This document shows positions 24,891 through 32,023 of a stretch of 32,672 bases of DNA, one piece after another. The first letter of the stretch is position 1. Each line of letters begins with the position of its first letter. The stretch comes from an uncultured Candidatus Peribacteria bacterium (GTDB taxonomy: Bacteria > Patescibacteriota > Gracilibacteria > Peribacterales > Peribacteraceae). Under the pieces are notes generated by a model. It made no database searches and was not told where the DNA came from. It saw only the letters and a program-made list of their open reading frames with translations. Both the position numbers and the translations under genes were made by a program. The stretch is from NCBI GenBank assembly GCA_964504485.1, contig CAZDEA010000005.1, positions 1-32,672 of the forward strand, given 5' to 3'.

Positions 24891-25868
24891 ATGTTTTTAG
24901 CTTCCCTCCAATCCCGCCGGCAACTCCTGAAGCGCACGTGGTGGGTGGTGTTGGTGCCACTTCTGCTTTTGCTCCTTACTGCAGGAATTATCGTTGCAGC
25001 GGCAAATCCATTACTTCTGTTGTTGCAGCCTAACCCAAGCCAAACACCAGAAGTCCTCGCACTACTCTCGCAGATTCGTGGGCCTGCCATGGCACTCATC
25101 ATTATTGCAGCGGTCTTCACCATTCTCTTAGTATTCACGTACTTCCTCTCGTTTCTCCACTGGCGTGCAGTAGCGCTGCGTGAACAGTTGGATCACGAGA
25201 AGACATCCTTCGTACGCATGGCTGCCGATACCATTCGCACGCCACTCACAGGTTTGCGCTGGCTCACAGAACTTCTCTTAGGTGATGACCTGGGCTCCAT
25301 GACGCCGGAGCAAAAAGAAAGCGTGACGAACATGGATCGCGCAATTCAGCGTCTGGTGACGCTCGTCAACGAACTGCTCAATGTCATGCGCCTCTCGGGA
25401 GGAATCATTCATTACCACCCCAAGCCTTCCGATGTGAACATTGTTATCAAGGGAACCATCGAAGATGTAAAAAATATTGCCGCAGGTAAGTATCAGACAG
25501 TTGGCTTCGGCGGACTTTCTCGCGATTCCGCCATGATGATCGACGAGCCGCTTATCCGCCATTTGCTCACCACGCTCCTGACCAATGCCATCCGCTTTGC
25601 GAATGTGCGTGAGCCGATTGTGGTCCACGCAGAGCCAAAATCCGGCGAAATGGTCATTGGCATCACGTACAAGGGCGAGGCAGTTCCCTTCAAATCCGTT
25701 GGCGAAGCGGGGGAGGTGGGTATGGTCGCTCAAGATGAAAAAGTTGCTGATGATCCATTGAACCTCACGATCTCGTGGGAAATTCTTGCTGCTGCGAAAG
25801 GTCGCTTCTGGGTACGTGAAGAAGGGAATGAGCACACGCTGTTCATCGCGTTGCCGCAGGGGAAATAA
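24891..25868 (+). CDS. membrane-bound histidine-kinase-like protein lacking the phospho-acceptor His and the ATP-lid motifs (pseudokinase)
   Basis: It has two N-terminal TM helices. The HisKA-like helix reads FVRMAADTIRTPLTGLRW (Asp where His is expected). The N-box TNAIRF is kept, but G1 (YKGEAV) and G2 (DPLNLTI) are degenerate. Confidence 0.8.
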   Translation: MFLASLQSRRQLLKRTWWVVLVPLLLLLLTAGIIVAAANPLLLLLQPNPSQTPEVLALLSQIRGPAMALIIIAAVFTILLVFTYFLSFLHWRAVALREQLDHEKTSFVRMAADTIRTPLTGLRWLTELLLGDDLGSMTPEQKESVTNMDRAIQRLVTLVNELLNVMRLSGGIIHYHPKPSDVNIVIKGTIEDVKNIAAGKYQTVGFGGLSRDSAMMIDEPLIRHLLTTLLTNAIRFANVREPIVVHAEPKSGEMVIGITYKGEAVPFKSVGEAGEVGMVAQDEKVADDPLNLTISWEILAAAKGRFWVREEGNEHTLFIALPQGK

Positions 25869-25877
25869 TCCACATAC

Positions 25878-25906
25878 AAAAAACCTCCAACATTTCTGCC
25901 AGAGGT
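25878..25906 (-). terminator. weak hairpin plus T run after rnpB (minus sense)
   Basis: ACCTC-N14-GAGGT followed by T6 in minus sense. The stem is only 5 bp. Confidence 0.3.
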
Positions 25907-25909
25907 ACT

Positions 25910-26291
25910 TTGTCCTGCCCCTTCGATACGCCGGGTTCTGTCCTTCTTGCGAAGGGATGATCATCTCTCTAGACGCCCAATTACTCGGGAGTTCTAGCGG
26001 AGGGGTGCGCGGACTGACGGAACCATCAGTAGTCCCGCGGACCCAAATCCTCCTTGCGTCACCATGAGTTTGCCATCGACCGATTACTCGGTACGACCTC
26101 GGTTCCCGAGGCGTTTCACCCCCATTTGGTCGCGTTGCCGCGTCGGACGGGGTTCGTTTCTGTGGCACTAGTCCTCATGTCGCTTTACCGGATATGTGCG
26201 ACATGGATGGGCGTTACCCATATAGCGTTCCAATGACGCCCGGACGTTCCTCCACGCACAAGGCGTGGCGATCATCTGAAAGAGCAGGATT
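25910..26291 (-). ncRNA. rnpB: RNase P RNA, bacterial type A
   Basis: Minus-sense conserved elements: GGAGGAACGTCCGGGC (P4 5' strand), GTGCCACAGAAA, GGGGGTGAAACG and GGACAGAACCCGGCGTATCG (P4 3' strand). P1 is TCCTGCTCTTTC (26289-26278) paired with GAAGGGGCAGGA (25924-25913). P2 is GATGATC/GATCATC. The P3 hairpin is CCACGC-CTTGT-GCGTGG. The ends are approximate. Confidence 0.9.
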
Positions 26292-26294
26292 CTT

Positions 26295-26300
26295 AGTATA
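26295..26300 (-). promoter_or_regulatory. candidate -10 box (TATACT) for rnpB
   Basis: TATACT lies 5 nt upstream of the first P1 nucleotide. Confidence 0.45.
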
Positions 26301-26344
26301 CAGCAAAAAGGGTGTTTCTCTCAATCCAGAACTCGAGAATTATG

Positions 26345-26462
26345 TGGAGCCGCTTTGGGGATTCGAACCTTAAGCCCACTCATTACAAGTGAGTTGCCAG
26401 CTGCGCTGGCCAACTTTTCTAAAACGCTCCGCTATGCGGAGCTGGCACTGAGCTAAAGCGCG
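26345..26462 (-). pseudogene. tRNA-Thr(UGU)-like copy with a 49-nt insertion in the D-arm and stem mismatches
   Basis: The anticodon arm, T-loop and 3' acceptor strand plus CCA are identical or near-identical to the intact gene. GGTAGA of the D-arm is replaced by 49 nt (26398-26446). Acceptor pairs 1:72 and 2:71 and two T-stem pairs are mismatched. Confidence 0.7.
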
Positions 26463-26470
26463 TTAAGCAA

Positions 26471-26545
26471 TGGAGCCGCTTTGGGGATTCGAACCCCAGA
26501 CCTACTCATTACAAGTGAGTTGCTCTACCACTGAGCTAAAGCGGC
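26471..26545 (-). tRNA. tRNA-Thr (anticodon UGU), CCA encoded
   Basis: GCCGCTT-TA-GCTC-AGTGGTA-GAGC-A-ACTCA-CTTGTAA-TGAGT-AGGTC-TGGGG-TTCGAAT-CCCCA-AAGCGGC-T-CCA. All four stems are fully Watson-Crick paired. Confidence 0.95.
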
Positions 26546-26623
26546 TTAAGAACTAATCAATCGGCGATGATTCTACAGGATCGAGCACGTCTTATTTATT
26601 ACGGCACGCTCTGCGTGCCTAAG

Positions 26624-26640
26624 CACTGAGCTAAAGCGGC
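26624..26640 (-). repeat. 17-nt copy of the 5' end of tRNA-Thr (GCCGCTTTAGCTCAGTG) followed by a GC-rich hairpin
   Basis: Identical to 26529-26545. The hairpin GGCACGC-AGA-GCGTGCC lies at 26619-26603 (minus sense). Confidence 0.8.
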
Positions 26641-26714
26641 AGGCTTCTCATCGCAAAACGCGTGCCTACGATACAAGAAAGTATGAGCCAATAACCAGTC
26701 ACTTCTTACGCTCC

Positions 26715-28955
26715 TTACGCCTTAGGCACTGTGGCCGTAAACACGGTCCCTTTGCCCTGTTCGCTCACAAAACTCAGGTGGCCACCCAGGCTGTCCATAA
26801 TGCGCTTGCTCAAGTACAGGCCTAATCCCGTGCCAGAGGTCAGCATGTGGCGGATGTTCTTGGCGCGGAAGAATTTCTCGAACACGCGCTCCTGTTCCTC
26901 CGGAGGAATGCCCACACCCTGGTCTGTGACGGTGATATTGATCGTGTCCTTTTCTTCGCGAATACCTATGGTGATGGCGCCACCCTGTGGCGAGTACTTC
27001 ATAGCGTTCGTCACCAAGTTCTGTACGACAATCGGCAGCAACACGGGATCCGTCGAAAGCATCAGAGGACCCTTGGGCAAGGCAGAGACAAAGCTCAGCT
27101 TGCTGTCGTGGTTCCCTTGGCGAATCTCATCGAACAGACGACCCAGCAGGTCAATCACGTCCACGGTCTTACGCTCAATCAAAATGCCGCCTTCATCCAA
27201 GCGCGCAACACGCAGCAAGGTATCGAGCAGGCTGGCCATTTGCGAAGATGCCTTTTGCACCTCCTGCAGATATTCCTTCTGTTCGCCTGTCAGTTGCACG
27301 TTGGTTTCGCCTGTGAGCAGTTCCAAATACCAGCGCAGCGAAGACAGGGGAGTGCGCAGCTGGTGGCTGGCGAGCGAAATGAATTCCGATTTCATGTAGT
27401 CCGTTTGGCGCTCCTCTGTGACATCCAAGAAGATGATGATGGATCCGAGCAGGGTATTTTCTTGCAAGAGAGGGGTCACCATCAGCATGACCGGCAAGAG
27501 CGTTTGGTTCTTGCGCAAAATCGTCAGGTGCATGCTCGGTGGAGCGCGGAAGGTGGACTTGTCGCGCAAACACACACTCACAGGGTGATCATTATTCGAG
27601 AACATGCCCTTCTGGTAGTGGATGCGCAGCACGTCGGTAGCCTTCTTCTGCATCAGTTCATTTTTGCTAAAGCCCAGCAAACGCGAGGCGGCTTCGTTGC
27701 CATCGGTAATCGTGCCATTGGCATCGGTTGCGAGAACGCCGTACTCGATTCCTTCCAGCACCGCGCGGTCCAGCATCACCTGCTTTTGCAGTGCCTGCGT
27801 CTTGTCTGCCACCTGGCCTTCCAAGTGCTCATACGTGGCCTGCAAGCGCGATGTGAGGTCGGCGATCACCTGGTCGAGCATTTCCACTTCGTCCCCTGTG
27901 CGGATGCTCAGGCGGAACGTCCAGTGGCCTGGGCGCAGTACGCGGATCTTGCCTACCAAGTGCAACAGAGGTTCTGTGAGTCTGCGTGCGAAGAAGAATC
28001 CCACGAGACCAGCCAATGCCAAGAGCAGCACGCTGATACCTACGAGCGAGAATGCCAACATGGTCACGCCTGCCATGGCTTCATCGGATTCCACCTGTAC
28101 CACCATTCCCCAGCCCAGCGTCTCGGCGAAACGGTATGCCACGAGCACTTTGCGGCCGCGGTCGTCGCGCGTCATGGCGGTGCCTTCCTGGCCCATCACA
28201 GCCTTGGCAATAGGTGAGTCCTCGATGAACGGATCATCCAAGACGCCCAGTGGGTAACTGCGCAGCGCCTGGGAATTTTGCGAATGATGCACGACGAAAA
28301 TTTCTCCACCCTGTTCACGCGCCAGAATAATTTCTGCCGTTTTACCCACACTCTCTGCAAGATCAGCAAAGATGCGGCGGAGGAGAGGAGAGGTATCAAA
28401 CTGTACGGCAAGCGTGCCCCATACAACGCCCTGTTCGTCTTTCAAGGGCGTATATGCACTTACTGCGTGGAATCCAGTCTTGGGATCAATCACAGGAACC
28501 AAGAATGTGCTTGGCTGCGGGTTGAAGAACGCGGGGCTCTGTTCCCCCGTGGCGGCAAAGCGCGTGCGTTCACCATCGAAGAGCGAAATGCCCACAGCAC
28601 GCATGGTGCTGGTGTTGCTATTGAGCGCATCCAAGACACGAATCAGCTCTGCTTCACTAATGGCACGCGGACCCGTCCCGTCTATTGTCTTGCTGGCTTG
28701 TGCCGTAATGCGACGTGCTTCGTGCATGGATTCCTCCAATGCATTTCTGCGCTCGTTCACAATCAGCGACAGCTGTTCGTACAATCTCTGCTCGGCTGTG
28801 AGTGAGCGTGCCAAGACGAACGAGAGGATCGACAGCAGTCCAATAGTCACCGCAGAAACAAGCAGAGACTGCCACACAACGCTGCGCAAAATAGACCGCT
28901 TTGGGTGCGGCAATGCCTCAACGACCGTGCCGGAAGCGACTTCTTGTGGGCTCAT
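26715..28955 (-). CDS. sensor histidine kinase (two TM helices flanking a ~270-aa extracytoplasmic domain, HAMP, PAS, HisKA, HATPase_c)
   Basis: H-box FISLASHQLRTPLSSL, N-box VTNAMKYS, G1 VTDQGVGIP, G2 GTGLGLYLSK. ATG at 28955 (MSPQEVASG...) has GGAG upstream. Confidence 0.9.
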   Translation of the reverse strand: MSPQEVASGTVVEALPHPKRSILRSVVWQSLLVSAVTIGLLSILSFVLARSLTAEQRLYEQLSLIVNERRNALEESMHEARRITAQASKTIDGTGPRAISEAELIRVLDALNSNTSTMRAVGISLFDGERTRFAATGEQSPAFFNPQPSTFLVPVIDPKTGFHAVSAYTPLKDEQGVVWGTLAVQFDTSPLLRRIFADLAESVGKTAEIILAREQGGEIFVVHHSQNSQALRSYPLGVLDDPFIEDSPIAKAVMGQEGTAMTRDDRGRKVLVAYRFAETLGWGMVVQVESDEAMAGVTMLAFSLVGISVLLLALAGLVGFFFARRLTEPLLHLVGKIRVLRPGHWTFRLSIRTGDEVEMLDQVIADLTSRLQATYEHLEGQVADKTQALQKQVMLDRAVLEGIEYGVLATDANGTITDGNEAASRLLGFSKNELMQKKATDVLRIHYQKGMFSNNDHPVSVCLRDKSTFRAPPSMHLTILRKNQTLLPVMLMVTPLLQENTLLGSIIIFLDVTEERQTDYMKSEFISLASHQLRTPLSSLRWYLELLTGETNVQLTGEQKEYLQEVQKASSQMASLLDTLLRVARLDEGGILIERKTVDVIDLLGRLFDEIRQGNHDSKLSFVSALPKGPLMLSTDPVLLPIVVQNLVTNAMKYSPQGGAITIGIREEKDTINITVTDQGVGIPPEEQERVFEKFFRAKNIRHMLTSGTGLGLYLSKRIMDSLGGHLSFVSEQGKGTVFTATVPKA

Positions 28956-28990
28956 GTTTGTGTGTGCTCCAAAAGTGGAGATTTCCTTAT

Positions 28991-28999
28991 ATTCTAGCA
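28991..28999 (-). promoter_or_regulatory. extended -10 promoter element TGCTAGAAT upstream of the histidine kinase
   Basis: The minus-strand 9-mer lies about 35 nt upstream of ATG 28955. Confidence 0.5.
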
Positions 29000-29078
29000 A
29001 AAAACACGGGTTTTTGGAAGTCCGAAGACGTCGGGAACGACCCATGGTAAACCCCTATGAATCGCTCCTTTAGGCGGG

Positions 29079-29564
29079 TTAACGGGTGGTCGAAATGTTG
29101 TTCACCAATGCTCCGCTGGCAGCCACGGTCACACGTCCGCTGACGTCCTTCCAGATCTTGTATCCCGTGTATCCCGTTCCCGTTGGCTGGCGGGGGTCAA
29201 TGGGAATGGAGACAAGGTACGAACCCGAAAGATGTTTTAAGTTCACGCACTCCACTCCCGTGGGGTTGAAGGTGGTCTTACAGATTTTTTGTGACCAGGA
29301 GTTATCTGTCGCAGTGGAAGATACGTTGTCGGGGATAGTGGAGATCGCACCATTGTTGTCGATCGACCACTGATAGACCGCATTCAAAATACTCTGCACA
29401 TCCGAGCGGCGTTGCGTATCACGAGCGGCGTTCAATTGGCGCGTGGGGTTGATGGCGATGATGGTCATGGCTGCAAGGATCGCAATAATGCCGATGACAA
29501 GCAGAAGCTCAATCAAAGTAAAACCAGTGCGAGAGGGGGAGTGGATCATGGGGATGGCATCCAT
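29079..29564 (-). CDS. type IV pilin (major-pilin-like), paralog 1
   Basis: Class III signal ...SPSRTG/FTLIELLLVIGIIAILA (G-1, F+1, E+5), with a Cys pair in the C-terminal part (KICK...VECV). The start is ambiguous: ATG 29564 or 29549. Confidence 0.88.
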   Translation of the reverse strand: MDAIPMIHSPSRTGFTLIELLLVIGIIAILAAMTIIAINPTRQLNAARDTQRRSDVQSILNAVYQWSIDNNGAISTIPDNVSSTATDNSWSQKICKTTFNPTGVECVNLKHLSGSYLVSIPIDPRQPTGTGYTGYKIWKDVSGRVTVAASGALVNNISTTR

Positions 29565-29658
29565 TGTAAGGGTCGCGTGTGCTTCAGCATCCCGCTTTCT
29601 CTTGACGAAAAACACGAGTTTCTTTGGTACGGCGTTCTTTGGTGCAACGGTATGGAAC

Positions 29659-29688
29659 AAAAAAGCCCCCCGAGAACGGAGGGCTTTT
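29659..29688 (-). terminator. intrinsic terminator after pilin paralog 2
   Basis: Minus-sense AAAA-GCCCTCCG-TTCT-CGGGGGGC-TTTTTT (8-bp stem with one G-U pair). Confidence 0.85.
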
Positions 29689-29702
29689 GGGTTCACTGGA
29701 AA

Positions 29703-30167
29703 TTAGCGGGTCACCGAGATGGTGTAACCACCGTTCAGCTGGCCGGAACCGGCGACGGTTACGCGGTTGCTGCTTGGGTCCTTCCAGATCTTGTATCCCG
29801 TGTATCCCGTTCCTGCAGCGACGCTTGGGTCGACAGGGATGGAGACGAGGTACGTACCGGAAAGGTGCTTCAAGTTCACACACTCTGTACCCGTTGGGTT
29901 GAAGGTTGTCTTACAAGCAACCTTTGGAGTGATGGTGTTGGCATCAGGGATGGTGGAGATGATCGAGTTGTTGTCGATCGACCACTGATACACAGCGTTG
30001 ATGATCGTGTTCACGTCGGCACGGCGCTGAGCGTCGCGAGCCGAGTTGAGCTGCCTCGTCGGGTTGATAGCGACGATCACGATAGAAGCGAGGATGGCGA
30101 TAATACCGATCACGAGCAGAAGCTCGATGAGGGTAAAGCCTCTCCGCAGAGTGGAGCGGGAGTTCAT
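29703..30167 (-). CDS. type IV pilin (major-pilin-like), paralog 2
   Basis: MNSRSTLRRG/FTLIELLLVIGIIAILA. It is about three-quarters identical to paralog 1 by eye, with the same Cys pair (VACK...TECV). ATG at 30167. Confidence 0.9.
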   Translation of the reverse strand: MNSRSTLRRGFTLIELLLVIGIIAILASIVIVAINPTRQLNSARDAQRRADVNTIINAVYQWSIDNNSIISTIPDANTITPKVACKTTFNPTGTECVNLKHLSGTYLVSIPVDPSVAAGTGYTGYKIWKDPSSNRVTVAGSGQLNGGYTISVTR

Positions 30168-30227
30168 AAAGATAAGAGGGAAGAAAAGAATTGGGGCATA
30201 CAGCGACTGCTGCATGCAGAGGATGCG

Positions 30228-30236
30228 AGTATAACA
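30228..30236 (-). promoter_or_regulatory. extended -10 promoter element TGTTATACT upstream of pilin paralog 2
   Basis: It matches TGnTAtAcT about 60 nt upstream of ATG 30167. The palindrome CGCTTG-N6-CAAGCG at 30263-30280 lies just upstream of the -35 position. Confidence 0.45.
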
Positions 30237-30347
30237 AGACAAAAGCTCCCTCAGGTGCGTTTCGCTTGACGGCGCAAGCGTGCATGGTCGAATGGGACCA
30301 CGATGTTTCGTCGTGTGTGCAGAACAATTCCCCTCGTCACGCGGAAT

Positions 30348-30962
30348 TTAATTGCAGTCCAACTGCGTGACAGCGTTTTGGCAGCTGCTCGTACAGATTT
30401 GCCATGCATATCTGTCCGTGCCCGTGCAGCCAGGGAGAGCGCAGCCACAGGGGTCGCCCGTGCGCGAGTTCTTGGGGAACTGCGTAAAGGAACTTTGGAA
30501 TGCTTGCTCGTAATATCGTGGTGCTTCCAGGCGCAAAGAGCGAGAAAGAGTAAACGAAACCGTTATGCCCGTGCTGTACCCATTGCTAATGTTTCGTACG
30601 AGAAAATTATCCACCGACACCTCCGTTGCGCTGATGGTTTGATGCACATTCTTCTCTATTTGGATCACCGCTCCCGTGAGCACTCCAAAAATAGTTGGAG
30701 AAATAGCACCCGAAGAAGTTTGTATCGCGAGAATATTGCTCGTATTCCCGGGCAGGGGATCGAGAATCCTTTCAGACTCACGAACACGCTTGCCGATGAT
30801 CTGCATCAGCTGCGGCCCATTGTTCTCAATATGCGCGATTGACTCCTGCAGCAGGCGGTTCTCTGTCGAAGAGAACATCAAGGGCATGATGGCCAGTCCC
30901 ATGATGGACGCAATCGCCATGAAGAGAATCAGTTCAACGAGAGTGACACCGTGGCGCAGCAT
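30348..30962 (-). CDS. minor (pseudo)pilin with prepilin-type N-terminus and Cys-rich C-terminus
   Basis: MLRHG/VTLVELILFMAIASIMGLAI (G-1, E+5). The C-terminus is DPCGCALPGCTGTDRYAWQICTSSCQNAVTQLDCN. ATG at 30962; the upstream part of the track ORF has no support. Confidence 0.8.
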   Translation of the reverse strand: MLRHGVTLVELILFMAIASIMGLAIMPLMFSSTENRLLQESIAHIENNGPQLMQIIGKRVRESERILDPLPGNTSNILAIQTSSGAISPTIFGVLTGAVIQIEKNVHQTISATEVSVDNFLVRNISNGYSTGITVSFTLSRSLRLEAPRYYEQAFQSSFTQFPKNSRTGDPCGCALPGCTGTDRYAWQICTSSCQNAVTQLDCN

Positions 30963-30991
30963 GAGAGGACGAAAGAAAGAAGCAGAACGGA

Positions 30992-32023
30992 TCAAAAACC
31001 AACTCCAGGATTCCCCACACCGGGGTTGCCGCCAAAGCCTCCGATTGCTCCTGCACTGCTGGAGCTGGCGGGAATAAGGCTGCAGGATTGTAGGCCGCCT
31101 CCGCACACAGGAGAACACTCCCATCCGGATTCCACTTGGCAGGTACCCGAACATCCGTCTCCGGCGAAGACGTTGCCATCGTCGCAGGCTTCGGTTGGAG
31201 ATTCACAGGTGGTGTTGCCACACACGGGGCCAGAGGAAGAAGCCGCACTGGACGCAGCTGAGCTGGAGGAACCAAGCACGCCACCATCATCCGCACAGAC
31301 GCAAAGAATGTTGGCTCCCGAACAACTCCATATTGTTCCAGGTGGCAGTGTGCAATCAGGATTACAACAGGCGCCCAAAGAAGGATCGCATTGCTCGCCG
31401 GGATCATTCTGAGAGTTTCCACAGAGAGGATTCGATGATGCAGAGGAAGTTGCAGCCTCCGAAGAAGCCGCTGAAGATCCTGCTATAGAAGAAGCGGCCG
31501 AGGATGACCCAGCCGCTATAGATGACGCGCTGCTGGAGGAGCCCCCCGGCGGGGAAGACGAACTGCTGAGGCCGGCCGCCCCGCCGCAATCTGCACTGGC
31601 ATCAACTTCTTCAGAAAAAGAGATTGTCACCGTGGGGAAAAGCGTACTCACCTTTGTGAGCAAGCGCCTTGTCGTTGTTCCACTGGTGCCTTCTGTGCAA
31701 ATTTCGCGGTTGAGCCAGCCACTTCCTTGGATGGAGAGAATTTCACATGCTCCCAAGCTTGCTGGCAGTGCGTATGTTTCTGCACCTCCATACAGGTGAT
31801 CCTTGCGCAGCTCCTGAATGGCAATATCGGTGCAGCCGCGCGCAGCTTCCAGTGCTTGGTTTGTTTGGTTGTACACCACGCCATTCTGCTCTGCCGCCCA
31901 ACCCAGTAAGAGGAGGGAAGTGGTGGTGGCGACCAGGATTGCACCAATGAACAGCACGGTAATGACCAGGATATATCCCTCTTGAAACTTCAATGCCTTT
32001 GAGAAGCGAAAGTGTTTTTTCAT
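30992..32023 (-). CDS. PilX-N-like pilus-associated protein with Ser-rich linkers and two Myxococcus-type cysteine-rich repeats
   Basis: The N-terminus is MKKHFRFSKALKFQEGYILVITVLFIGAILV. The repeats are CGNSQNDPGEQCD...CCNPDC and CGNTTCESPTEACDDGNVFAGDGCSGTCQVESGWEC. The tail is Gly-rich. The ATG overlaps the upstream stop (ATGA). Confidence 0.8.
   Translation of the reverse strand: MKKHFRFSKALKFQEGYILVITVLFIGAILVATTTSLLLLGWAAEQNGVVYNQTNQALEAARGCTDIAIQELRKDHLYGGAETYALPASLGACEILSIQGSGWLNREICTEGTSGTTTRRLLTKVSTLFPTVTISFSEEVDASADCGGAAGLSSSSSPPGGSSSSASSIAAGSSSAASSIAGSSAASSEAATSSASSNPLCGNSQNDPGEQCDPSLGACCNPDCTLPPGTIWSCSGANILCVCADDGGVLGSSSSAASSAASSSGPVCGNTTCESPTEACDDGNVFAGDGCSGTCQVESGWECSPVCGGGLQSCSLIPASSSSAGAIGGFGGNPGVGNPGVGF

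Noticed and set aside
25278-26168. A 296-aa minus-strand ORF spanning the end of the kinase-like gene and the following region.
   Set aside because: Its 5' part overlaps the RNase P RNA gene and its 3' part is antisense to 24891..25868. The translation has no protein-like features.
26398-26446. A GTTTTAGAAAAG motif inside the tRNA insert that resembles CRISPR repeat or tracrRNA sequences.
   Set aside because: No direct-repeat/spacer array and no cas gene occur anywhere in the window. The resemblance is limited to a few nucleotides.
26345-29045. An integrated mobile element using tRNA-Thr as its attachment site.
   Set aside because: The window contains no integrase, excisionase, transposase or phage genes. 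The tRNA fragments are only 8-80 nt from the intact gene, and the duplicated piece is the 5' end rather than the usual 3' end. I kept it only as one hypothesis within the tRNA finding.
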